Source of the DNA: a bacterium
GTDB taxonomy: Bacteria; UBA8248
Assembly: GCA_965225985.1 (NCBI GenBank)
Contig: OZ245330.1
Location: 2,010,019-2,074,018, forward strand
Length of the DNA stretch: 64,000 nt
Reading direction: 5' to 3'
The notes under the pieces were generated by a model, which saw nothing but the letters and a program-made list of their open reading frames with translations, was not told the origin of the DNA and did not search any database. The position numbers and the translations under genes were made by a program. Positions within the stretch are counted from its first letter, which is position 1. Every line of letters starts with the position of its first letter. Of this stretch, positions 19,582-30,182 are shown in pieces.

Positions 19582-21036
19582 TCAGTCATACCCCGCCGGC
19601 GGCAGGAAACCGCCGATGGTGTCCCGCATCAAACGGGCGAAATGGATCGCGGTGCGATCCGCCAAGTGCGCCGCCACGATCTGCAGGCCGACCGGCAGGC
19701 CGGCGGCGGTAAATCCCGCCGGGGCCACCGTGGAGGGCAGATAGCAGAGGCCCGAGTAGCCCGCCCAGAAGAGCTGATCGACAGCCGGCTCGGGTTTGCC
19801 GTTGACCACGATGGTACGGTCGGCGCGCTGGCCCGCGTGATCGTGCGGACACGCCGCCGAGGCGGCCGCCGGGCATAAGAAAATATCATAAGTGTCGAAG
19901 AATTTTTGCCAAGCCGCCGTCATTCCCGCCCGGCGGTTGTTGACGGCGAGCCAGTCGCGGTGGCTCATGGTCACCGCCCGGGCCACGGTTGCGGCATAGG
20001 ACTTGTCGCCGGGCGCCAGCTTGCGCGCCCGTTCGGCGAACTCGGCAATCTCGTCTTCCCGCAGCCGCACGCTCGTGGCCGACCGCATAAGCATCAAAAA
20101 GACCTGATGGCTGTCGATAGGATCCACCGGCAGCTCAGGCTCCCAGTCCACCTTCAGGCCCGCCTTCTCGAGCCCGGAAATAGCGGCGGCCAATAGACCT
20201 GTCATTTCGCCGTCCTGGGCGCAGACCGGGCTTTGCAGCATGACCGCGGCGCGAAAATCCCTCAAACCCTGCCGCGGAGCCGGTGGGAGCGCCAGCCGCC
20301 AGCCGGACTGATGCGGCCGGTCCGGCCCGGCCAGGATATTCAGCGCGGTTTCCAGATCATCCGGGTCCCGCGCCAGAGGGCCGGCGACGGAGATGTCGGC
20401 GTCGGCGTCCAGGCCCGGCTGGCGCGCGCCGCGCATCGGCACGATGCCATAAGTGGACTTGTGGCCGTAGACGCCGCAATAATGCGCCGGATTCCGGATC
20501 GACCCCCCGATGTCGGTGCCCACCTCCAGCGCGGTCATGCCCGCGGCCAGCGCCGCCGATGCCCCGCCGGACGATCCCCCGGGGGACAGGCTCGGATCCA
20601 ACGGGTTGTTGGTTGTGCCGTATATCTCGTTAAAACTTTGCCAGTCGGCCAGCATATAGGGCACGTTGGTCTTGCCGAAGACGATCGCGCCGGCGGCCAG
20701 CAGACGCTCCACCACGACGCTGTCGGCGACCGCGATGTTGCCGCGGTTTTCTGTAATGCCCCAGGTGCTGGGCGTGCCCCGCAGGTCGAAGCATTCCTTC
20801 ACCGTCACCGGCACCCCGTGCAACGGCCCCCAGCTCTCCCCTTTCGCCGTCGCGGCATCGGCCGCCCCGGCCCGGGTCCGGGCCTCGTCCAGACACCGGA
20901 CCACGACGGCGTTGATGTCGCCGTCGAAGCGTTGCAGACGATCGATACAATGGTCCAGAAGTTCGGCCGCGGTGATCTCACGGCGGCGGATTCGATCCGC
21001 GAGATTGGTGGCCGGGGCGAACGCGATATCAGACAT
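19582..21036 (-). CDS. Amidase (amidase-signature family)
   Basis: 484 aa with the AS-family GGSSGG motif and Ser-cisSer-Lys triad context (KTNVPYM...GGSSGGASAALAAG). Confidence 0.8.
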   Translation of the reverse strand: MSDIAFAPATNLADRIRRREITAAELLDHCIDRLQRFDGDINAVVVRCLDEARTRAGAADAATAKGESWGPLHGVPVTVKECFDLRGTPSTWGITENRGNIAVADSVVVERLLAAGAIVFGKTNVPYMLADWQSFNEIYGTTNNPLDPSLSPGGSSGGASAALAAGMTALEVGTDIGGSIRNPAHYCGVYGHKSTYGIVPMRGARQPGLDADADISVAGPLARDPDDLETALNILAGPDRPHQSGWRLALPPAPRQGLRDFRAAVMLQSPVCAQDGEMTGLLAAAISGLEKAGLKVDWEPELPVDPIDSHQVFLMLMRSATSVRLREDEIAEFAERARKLAPGDKSYAATVARAVTMSHRDWLAVNNRRAGMTAAWQKFFDTYDIFLCPAAASAACPHDHAGQRADRTIVVNGKPEPAVDQLFWAGYSGLCYLPSTVAPAGFTAAGLPVGLQIVAAHLADRTAIHFARLMRDTIGGFLPPAGYD

Positions 21037-21279
21037 GGAACGGCTCCTTGAGCGGCCAGTCTATGCCAGAGTCGAGGCCCTTAGCCACTCCTGTCGCATC
21101 CGCCGGGCCCCGGGCCGGCGCCCGGGCGGCCCCGCCCGCTCCCTGCGGATTCGGACGGCGGCGGAAGGTCAAGAATTTCAAAACGGGGGAGGACAGGCTG
21201 AAGGCGGATCTTTCGGCGCCTAAATTCATATTTTCTTCCTGAGCGGGCGCCCTGCCCGGCTGCGCTGCGCGCCGTGGAT

Positions 21280-21906
21280 TTATTGCTCATCGGGCCAGCC
21301 GAACTCGCCGACCAGTTTCACGTAGACGCAATTGACCAAGGTCTCGGGCCCCCGGAATTTCCCCTCTGATTTGTACTCGTACCGGACGAGCCGCTGCGAT
21401 GACCGGTCGCCCACGGGCAGCACCAGGCGGCCCCCCGGCGCGAGTTGACTGAACCAGGGCCGGGGGGGGACCCGGGCCGACGCCGCCGCAACGATGGCGT
21501 CGAAGGGCGCCTCGTCCGCCCACCCGTAGCTCCCGTCCGAGGCGCGAAGCAGAAAGTTTGAGTAACCCAGAGCCTCGAGGCGGCGGCGGGCGGCATCGGC
21601 AAGGGGCGACAATCGCTCGATGGACCGTACGCTGCCCGCCAACTCCGACAAGAGGGCGGTGACGTATCCTGAACCCGCCCCGATCTCAAGCACTTTTTCA
21701 TCGCCCCGGAGGCGGAGGGCCTCCAGGCTGATCGCCACCATGAAGGGCTGCGAGATGGTCTGGCCCTGCCCGATCGGAAGCGCCATATCGGAGTATGCTT
21801 GGTGGACCATCGCCTCGGGGACGAATGCGTGGCGCGGCACGCGGCGCATCGCTTCGATCACCCGGCTGTCCCGGATTCCTTTGGGGATGATTTGTTTTTC
21901 CACCAT
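21280..21906 (-). CDS. pcm: Protein-L-isoaspartate O-methyltransferase
   Basis: Resembles Pcm, with a SAM-binding motif (VLEIGAGSGY) and the conserved ISQP segment. Start chosen at MVEKQ; the ORF is open upstream to 22095. Confidence 0.8.
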   Translation of the reverse strand: MVEKQIIPKGIRDSRVIEAMRRVPRHAFVPEAMVHQAYSDMALPIGQGQTISQPFMVAISLEALRLRGDEKVLEIGAGSGYVTALLSELAGSVRSIERLSPLADAARRRLEALGYSNFLLRASDGSYGWADEAPFDAIVAAASARVPPRPWFSQLAPGGRLVLPVGDRSSQRLVRYEYKSEGKFRGPETLVNCVYVKLVGEFGWPDEQ

Positions 21907-21968
21907 GTCGTTGCGCGCGCGGGCCCACCGGTCATCGGCCACCTTTCTTCCCGCTTTCGCCGTGCCGT

Positions 21969-22745
21969 TTACCGAAAGTGCCATTTTTTCAATTCTTCCA
22001 TCGCACCGTAATCCGTCAGGTCCAGCCGAATGGGAGTTACGGAAATCTTTTTTCGGGATGCCGCGGCGAAATCGGTTTCGGGCTCGTCCACCCAACTCAG
22101 CCCGTTGCCGCCGACCCAGAAATACTCCCGGCCGCGGGGGTCGATCTTCTCGACGATGGAGTCGCCGTACACGCGCTTCCCCTGGCGGGTGATTTCAACG
22201 CCACTGCACTCGCTCTCGGAAATGTTGGGCACGTTCACGTTGAGAAGAACGCCTTCCCCCAACCCGCCCTGGAGGATCTTTTCCGCTATCGTGCGGGTGA
22301 ATTTTTCGGCCAGTTCAAAGTGAAACGGCTCTCCCGGCTCCCATATGAGGGAGATGGCCACCGCGGGGACGCCGAGCAGGGTGGCCTCCATGGCGGCCGC
22401 CACCGTTCCGGAGTAGGTAATGTCATCGCCCATGTTCGCCCCCTTGTTGATTCCCGAGAGGATGATGTCCGGGCGGGTCTTGAGCAATCCGTTGAGGGCG
22501 AGATTGATGCAATCCGTCGGGGTTCCGTCAATGGCGAACCAGCCTTCGCCGGTTTTTTCGGCCCGGAGGGGGCGGTGCAGGCTCAGGGAGTGGCTCACGG
22601 CGCTTTGCTCCCTGTCGGGGGCGAACACGGCCACCTCGCCCAACGGCCGGACCGCCTGATGCAGGGCGCGGAGGCCTTCGGAGGAAATGCCGTCGTCATT
22701 TGAAAGCAAAATGCGGAACAAGACCCAAGCACTCCTCAGTTCCAA
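21969..22745 (-). CDS. surE: 5'/3'-nucleotidase SurE
   Basis: N-terminal RILLSNDDGI motif and overall SurE resemblance. The pcm gene follows directly downstream, giving the conserved surE-pcm pair. Confidence 0.8.
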   Translation of the reverse strand: MELRSAWVLFRILLSNDDGISSEGLRALHQAVRPLGEVAVFAPDREQSAVSHSLSLHRPLRAEKTGEGWFAIDGTPTDCINLALNGLLKTRPDIILSGINKGANMGDDITYSGTVAAAMEATLLGVPAVAISLIWEPGEPFHFELAEKFTRTIAEKILQGGLGEGVLLNVNVPNISESECSGVEITRQGKRVYGDSIVEKIDPRGREYFWVGGNGLSWVDEPETDFAAASRKKISVTPIRLDLTDYGAMEELKKWHFR

Positions 22746-22988
22746 CGGACGTCTTTTGCGATGGGAGTATAGTGGGGCCGCAAAAAGGCCGTCAATGAGC
22801 GGCTCTTTCGCCGGAGGTGCCGGGCGGCAACTTGGGTGAAATGGGCCGCCCCCCTCTTTCAGGGCTTATCGGACGGAAAGAAAATCGGGCTCCGGATCAA
22901 TGGCGGGGGATGAATTTGCGTTGGGGAGGAGATGCGAAGAGGGGCGGGGGGGGGCTCGGGATTTCGACGAAAAGGAAAGCCCTGTTTC

Positions 22989-23183
22989 TCAGATTAGCAA
23001 GTCGACGTTGCCGGGTGTTTGCACGGAATCTGCCGCCATTAATCTTGCAATGTCTTCCTGCGAGGCGATTTGCTTGCTTGCGATGAGCCGGTTCACCGAA
23101 GCGCGGGCGGTGGCGACCGCCCCAAAAATCTGCGGAGGCCGAATCCCTCGTGCGACTGCAAGAATAAGGTTGGCGTCAGCCAT
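22989..23183 (-). CDS. Hypothetical small protein
   Basis: 64-aa ORF in a 770-bp spacer. No recognisable family, so it may be non-coding. Confidence 0.2.
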   Translation of the reverse strand: MADANLILAVARGIRPPQIFGAVATARASVNRLIASKQIASQEDIARLMAADSVQTPGNVDLLI

Positions 23184-23312
23184 GACGAATATTCCCTTTT
23201 CTTCCCTGAAAGGAAGGATTTGGGGATAAATATTATTATTTGTCTATTCCCCCTATTCTGTCAGTTCCTTTATCGGCAGCAGGGGGGGAGGCATAAGTGA
23301 ATTGCCGAGTAA

Positions 23313-24830
<1,518 letters not shown>

Positions 24831-24836
24831 CTTTTT

Positions 24837-25391
24837 TTGGAAATGCGCTCCGCCCGCCGGGCGGCCCCTCGGTGGAGGAGCGCGGATGAATTTATGGAGG
24901 AAATTCCCCCGGTGACCAGGCGGCCTTTTCAAGAATTGAAGACGATCCTGCGAATTCTTCGTTCCATGCGCCGTGTCGCCATGGTCGGCCTCTCGGCGAA
25001 CCCGATGCGGCCCAGCTATTTTGTGGGCTATTATCTTCAGCGCAAGGGTTTCGAGGTTTTTCCCGTCAACCCCCGCTACGACGAGATTCTGGGGGTGAAA
25101 TGCTATCCCGATCTCGCCTCCCTGCCGAAGGCGCCCGAGGTGGTGGATGTCTTCCGCCAACCGGAGGATGTGCCCCAGATCGCGGAAGAGGCGCTTTCCG
25201 CGGGAGCAAAAGCGCTATGGCTCCAGTTCGGGGTGGTGAACGAGGACGCGGCCCGGCGCGCCCAGGAGGCCGGACTTCTCGTGGTGATGGACCGCTGCAT
25301 GAAGATCGAACACGGACGCTACAACGGCGGCCTTCATTGGGCGGGAATCAATTCCGGGGTGATCACATCCAGGCGGGCGCCGATTTTATGA
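24837..25391 (+). CDS. CoA-binding domain protein (YccU/YneT family)
   Basis: Rossmann-like CoA-binding motif (VAMVGLSANPMRPSYFV) and length fit the CoA_binding_2 family. Confidence 0.65.
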   Translation: MEMRSARRAAPRWRSADEFMEEIPPVTRRPFQELKTILRILRSMRRVAMVGLSANPMRPSYFVGYYLQRKGFEVFPVNPRYDEILGVKCYPDLASLPKAPEVVDVFRQPEDVPQIAEEALSAGAKALWLQFGVVNEDAARRAQEAGLLVVMDRCMKIEHGRYNGGLHWAGINSGVITSRRAPIL

Positions 25392-25685
25392 TTTTTCCCT
25401 AAAAAAACAACGATATACCCGAATTCCATCATCCAAATTGTCAGGGTTTCTCGCAAATTCCCGCCGAATCTGCGGGGCGCGGCCAAGTCCGCCGCTCATG
25501 CACGAAGAGGAGAGTTTAAAAGCATTCCCGGTCCTTGCGGCCTGCGACTTTTTTCCCCTATTTTTCCCGGGAGAAGCCCCCGCGTGCGGCGAAAAATTCC
25601 TTTTTCGAAGGTTGCGGGCGGAAATCCCTTCGGGGTACTCTTACCTGTGTCGCCTGGGCCAAACCCGGCATGAGGAATTCCACCG

Positions 25686-26349
25686 GATGAAATGGCGAAT
25701 GCTGGCCGCGGCCTGGGCCCTTCCGCTCTGCCTCGGCTACAGCGCGCACGCGCAAACCTCAGGCGTCAGCGTTTTTCCCATCAACGGTTCCCCGCTCCTC
25801 CTATCGGGCGATTCCCCCCCTCTGCTCCTCAAAGAGCCGCAGGCCATTCGCCCCGGCGATCAAATTCACACAGGTCCCCAGGACCGCATCCTGATCCATT
25901 TGGCCAACGAGAGCGGCTGCCGATTTTTACTCGAACCGAACAGCGTAATCGAGCTCAACGTTTCCCGCGACCGCCGCTTCTTTCAGGCGAAAATCGATCA
26001 GGGGACCCTGCAAATTCCCGCCCTGAAATGCCGCGTTCCAGTGCAGATCCGAACCCCCACCGCCAGGATCGAGGGGGAAAAATCGAGCTATCGGGTGCGG
26101 GTCAGCCCGAGGGCGACAACCGTCGAATTGAGCGCCGGAAAATTGAAGGCCTATTTCAGCGGCCAGGCCATTCCGCTCCGTCCCATGACGCGGACCACCT
26201 TCTCCCGGTCGGGGAGACACCGAATCGCCACGATACACCAAAGAGACGCCGCCGGATCTCTGTCCGTATTCTCTTTGGCCCTGCCCATTCCTGGAAAAAG
26301 AAACCCCGCCAACGCATTTTCTCCGGTCTCCAAGCCCCGCGGCCGTTGA
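25686..26349 (+). CDS. Secreted FecR-domain protein
   Basis: Signal peptide [23 protein letters not shown] followed by a FecR-like beta segment ([25 protein letters not shown]). Confidence 0.5.
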
Positions 26350-26385
26350 CGAGGGGCCAGTCGCCGGTATAGGAAATGGTCACAT

Positions 26386-26463
<78 letters not shown>

Positions 26464-26514
26464 TTAAATCAATGTTTTATAGCGAAGGCGTGACTGTAGC
26501 GGTTGGGCCTTTGT

Positions 26515-26760
26515 TTATTTTTGAGCCTGTTTTCTATCGGTGGGAACTTCTTCGAGGAGAGCGATAGCCACTTGCTTCTGCTCCGAGGAGAAATGGGTGT
26601 AGCGCATGGTCATCTCGAAGGTGGTATGGCCCATCAATTCCTGAATCGTCTTGGGATGCGCTCCCTTGGCCGCCAGGCGACTTCCGAAATCATGCCTGGG
26701 GTCATGGAGCCTGAAATCACTCATTCCTGCCCTTCGGAGGGCCTCCTTAACCCCCGCCTC
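26515..26760 (-). pseudogene. Tyrosine recombinase (phage integrase family) C-terminal remnant
   Basis: Only the catalytic C-terminus is present (HDPRHDFGSRLAAKGAHPKTIQELMGHTTFEMTMRYTHF, with the R/H/Y box). Upstream frame carries no integrase N/core-binding domains. Confidence 0.6.
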
Positions 26761-26893
26761 AGGTAGCTGCATTGGCCCTCCGGCTCCCGCAGAGGCTGCT
26801 CTGACCCCCTCTGAAACCGGCCCAAGCCGAATGAGAGGATTTTCGGTATCCCCGAAACCTCCCAACTCTGCCTCGGTCCCCCAGGAATCCCCC

Positions 26894-26913
26894 CCCTGTG
26901 CGTGGCGAATTCC
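26894..26913. repeat. 20-bp direct repeat, copy 1 (ccctgtgcGtggcgaattcc)
   Basis: Near-identical copy at 28671-28690. Lies at the point where the integrase remnant stops making sense, about 100 bp from the cocE stop. Confidence 0.6.
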
Positions 26914-27010
26914 CAATTAGGCGTCAAATAGCCACATTATTCGCAATTCGCCATAGACAGGTTTTTGGGCAGGACAGGGGCACGTCAAGAGTGCGTTCTT
27001 ACACCAATTA

Positions 27011-28666
27011 TCATCTCGGGATCACGGGCAGGCGCAGCCGGGAACCCTCTTTGCCCTCCAGGATGGTATTCCGGGCCTTGATAGACTTTGCCGCGTGATA
27101 CCAGAAGAAGTTTTCGGCCACCGAATCGCAGCTCGCGATCTCCAGGCGCACCCGGTGTCCCGGCCGGAAAAGGTTGGAGGTGGAGATGATCTCGATGGTG
27201 AACGTCTCGGGCTGGTTCGGCGTGAGGGGCATCTCGCGGGTGTGCGGGTGCCAGGGCTGCCAGGGGCGCGAGAGCTCGGGGTCGAGCTCGCGGTGGGAGG
27301 CGCGCAGCCAACCCTTGGTGAGGACGCGGACGTTCCCCTCGGGACCTTCGTCCATAAGCTGCACGAACCAGTCGGTGTCGGAAGCTGAAGATTGGGCCAC
27401 CAAGTTGAGCACCACCGGCCCGGTCACCTCCATGGGCTGTGCCATGGGCTCTGAGCGGTAGATAAGGCGGGGGTTCCCATAACGGCTCTCGTTGCTCAGG
27501 GGGTCGTAGTCATACGAGCGCTCGCCGCCGGGACCCGGAGCTTCCAGAAGCGTCCCTTCCAGCCCTCCGGGAGAACCGCTCAGATGGTAATCGCGCCACT
27601 CGGTGCGGGCCAGTGGCCATTCGTTCTCCCCCCTCCAAACGTTCTCTCCTTGGACATAAAGTTGGATGGGCGGGCCTTCCATCACCCCGGTGTCCATCTC
27701 CTTGAGCCAGTGGTCGTACCAGCGAAGGGCCTCGAGGTGGTAGATGGCGAAGGGTCGGCGCGGCTCGCCCTGCGGGCCCACCAGCATTCTCTTCGGGATC
27801 TCCCCCACGCCCTCCCATCCGCTGAAGACGCCGCGCAGATGCAAGGCGTAGAATTGCCAGTCGCAGCCGAAGTACGAGGGAATGTCGATGTCGCGAAGGT
27901 GCGGCCAGGCGGATCGCTCCCAGTAGAATTCGCAATCGAGGGGATATTTGAACCCCAGAATGATCTCGATGGCGCGCTGGAAACCGGAAGGGTCCTTCAG
28001 GCGGCCGCCCATATAGTTCGGATAGGCCAGCTCGCCGAGCCACACCCGCATGAACCCATCCGCCGGGATCCCCCCGTGGAAGCAGGTATCGCGGTAGACA
28101 TCCGTGGCCGCGTCGTAGGGGAAGATGGCCTTGAGGCTGGGCGGCCGGTGGCGGCCGGCCACCAGGATCTGGCTCCTGCCGAAATACGAGCAGCCCACCA
28201 TCCCCACCTTACCGTTGCACCAGGGCTGGGCGGCGGCCCACTCGATGGTCTCGAACAGGTCCTCTTGCTCGGTGGGTCCGTAGAAATCCCAGGCCCCCTC
28301 TGAGTCGTTCGAACCGCGCACGTCCACCACGACGTGGGCGTAGCCGCGGGGCACCCAAAATTCCGTCAGGCCGGCCTCGTTGGAGCCGAAGGGCGTATTC
28401 GTCCTTTGCAGGTGCCGGGTGTAGGGGGACCAGGCGATGAGGGCGGGGAACTTCTCCCCCGGCGCCCAGGGGCGGAAGACGTCCGCCGCCAGCCGCACGC
28501 TATCGCGCATGGGAATGCGCACGTCTTGCTCGGCGAAAATGGAATAGCGCGGCAGCGACTGCTCGGGCGTGCGGGGAGGGTCGTCGTAGGGATACTGTGG
28601 CCAGGCGGCGGGATAGGCCGTCCGAATGCTGTCCGGGTTGACGTACACTGAACTTCCTCGGCTCAA
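27011..28666 (-). CDS. CocE/NonD family hydrolase (S15 X-Pro dipeptidyl-peptidase-like alpha/beta hydrolase)
   Basis: 551 aa with a nucleophile-elbow motif (GCSYFG) in an N-terminal alpha/beta-hydrolase domain and a C-terminal jelly-roll region. Resembles the CocE/NonD family. Confidence 0.8.
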   Translation of the reverse strand: MSRGSSVYVNPDSIRTAYPAAWPQYPYDDPPRTPEQSLPRYSIFAEQDVRIPMRDSVRLAADVFRPWAPGEKFPALIAWSPYTRHLQRTNTPFGSNEAGLTEFWVPRGYAHVVVDVRGSNDSEGAWDFYGPTEQEDLFETIEWAAAQPWCNGKVGMVGCSYFGRSQILVAGRHRPPSLKAIFPYDAATDVYRDTCFHGGIPADGFMRVWLGELAYPNYMGGRLKDPSGFQRAIEIILGFKYPLDCEFYWERSAWPHLRDIDIPSYFGCDWQFYALHLRGVFSGWEGVGEIPKRMLVGPQGEPRRPFAIYHLEALRWYDHWLKEMDTGVMEGPPIQLYVQGENVWRGENEWPLARTEWRDYHLSGSPGGLEGTLLEAPGPGGERSYDYDPLSNESRYGNPRLIYRSEPMAQPMEVTGPVVLNLVAQSSASDTDWFVQLMDEGPEGNVRVLTKGWLRASHRELDPELSRPWQPWHPHTREMPLTPNQPETFTIEIISTSNLFRPGHRVRLEIASCDSVAENFFWYHAAKSIKARNTILEGKEGSRLRLPVIPR

Positions 28667-28670
28667 TCGG

Positions 28671-28690
28671 CCCTGTGCATGGCGAATTCC
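28671..28690. repeat. 20-bp direct repeat, copy 2 (ccctgtgcAtggcgaattcc)
   Basis: Lies 5 bp upstream of the cocE start codon. Pairs with 26894-26913. Confidence 0.6.
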
Positions 28691-28819
28691 TAGTCAAGCG
28701 GCAATCGGCGTCTGAAACATCCCGTTGCAATGTGACAACAACGCGAAATTTCTCATATCCGCCTTGAAATGGGTATCCTCAAATTTTTTGTCCGCGTTGC
28801 CTATCGGATCTCCTTTCTT

Positions 28820-28868
28820 TTGACTGGGGGTCAAGGGGCCGGAGGTTCAAATCCTCTCGCCCCGACCA
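28820..28868 (+). repeat. tRNA-Pro(GGG) 3'-half duplicate (anticodon stem to CCA), the putative attR
   Basis: ttgactgggggtcaaggggCcggaggttcaaatcctctcgccccgacca versus the tRNA 3' segment 26414-26462 (T at the mismatch). Confidence 0.7.
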
Positions 28869-29082
28869 TTTAACCTTTTGATTTCCTTCGGGAAAAGTTC
28901 ACTTTAACTTTTTCGCCAAAATCGCGTTTTCGGTCTGGGTACATCGGGACGCCCGGTCGAGGGTGCCAGGAAGCCACCGTTCGGCGCAGGGTGTGAAGGG
29001 GATAGCGCAGTACCATCAAACCGCAAATTACCGGCCCAGCCTCCCCCCCGGCAGATTTTGGAAAAACTGCTCGAAGCGGCTT

Positions 29083-30036
29083 TCAGGCCAAAATTTCCCG
29101 AAGCAAGTCCTCCCAACTCCGGCGCTCCCGAAGGGGATCCGCAATCGGGCGCAGCCGCTCGCTGCGCTCGCTGAGCGCCTCGTAGAAGGCGGGGTCCGTC
29201 TCGGCGCGCTCCAGCAGAGAGGCCAGCGCCCGGGTGTCCCCGAAGGGGAAATAGCCCGGATAATCCTCTCCCAGAAGCCCGATGGAGCCGTCAATTTTCG
29301 ATGAGAGCGTGGGCACCGAGCAGGCGATGGCCTCGGTGACCGCGTTTGCCCCTCCCTCCATCTCGGAGCTGAGAACGTGGATGCGGCACCGGGAGAGGAT
29401 TCGAAGCGCCTTCCAGCGCGGGGTCTCCCCCAGCCACCGGTAGCGGGGATTGGCGGCGGCCTCGGCCGAGGCGCGCTTTTCCATCTCCACGCTCAGGGCG
29501 CCGCCGATGTGGATGACCTGGATTTTCGAGGATGGCGCCAGCATGCGGGCCGCCGCGGCGGCGCGCAGCGGATCCTTCACCTTCCGCAAATGCGCGAGCA
29601 CGCAGACCTCGAAGACGCTTTTTTTCCTCGAAACTTTCCCGCGGGGCGGGTTTAGGGATTGGTAGATCACCCGGACGTTTTTTCGCATACCCTCGGGGAG
29701 CTGGACCGCCCCCAAGGGCTGGAGGACGATGAAACGCGTCGCCATCCCTATCGCCCGCTGGGCTAGCGCGTCCGTGTGAATGTCCCCGTACAGGTCGGTG
29801 CCGGTCAACGCCAGGATAACGGGAAGTTCCGGGTGCGCGCTCCGGAATCGATTTATCGAGTCGAAGCTCCGGCGCGCGTGGAGCGCGACCATTAGGTCGC
29901 ACCGCCTCCCCCGGTATTCTTTCTCGATGGTGACGCGGTGCCCCAGGCCGCGCAGGATGCGCGCCCACCGGAGCGCCGTCACCCGGTTCCCCGTTCTGGA
30001 ATGCCGGGGGGCTGGGGTAATGAGGGAAATCTTCAT
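29083..30036 (-). CDS. GT-B fold glycosyltransferase (GT4-like), possible SenB-like seleno/thio-sugar synthase
   Basis: 317 aa with a GT4 C-terminal motif (EGGANAVTEAIACSVPTLSSKIDGSIGLLGEDYPGYF). Co-directional with, and 146 bp downstream of, the EgtB-family gene. Confidence 0.65.
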   Translation of the reverse strand: MKISLITPAPRHSRTGNRVTALRWARILRGLGHRVTIEKEYRGRRCDLMVALHARRSFDSINRFRSAHPELPVILALTGTDLYGDIHTDALAQRAIGMATRFIVLQPLGAVQLPEGMRKNVRVIYQSLNPPRGKVSRKKSVFEVCVLAHLRKVKDPLRAAAAARMLAPSSKIQVIHIGGALSVEMEKRASAEAAANPRYRWLGETPRWKALRILSRCRIHVLSSEMEGGANAVTEAIACSVPTLSSKIDGSIGLLGEDYPGYFPFGDTRALASLLERAETDPAFYEALSERSERLRPIADPLRERRSWEDLLREILA

Positions 30037-30182
30037 ATCGATTTAAAAAGGTTTCCAATGTCCTTTGGATGGCCAAGCGTTTGCCTGCCCATCCGGTCAT
30101 TCGCCAATCGGGAGATCGACGGAGCGGCTTCTCGCTCCCCCCGGCGATCGCCGCGTTGCTTGCCCTTCGGCGCGGCGCAGGC

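Noticed and set aside
22989-23183. 64-aa ORF in the surE-metY spacer as a real gene.
   Set aside because: No recognisable domain or RBS. It is kept only as a low-confidence feature.
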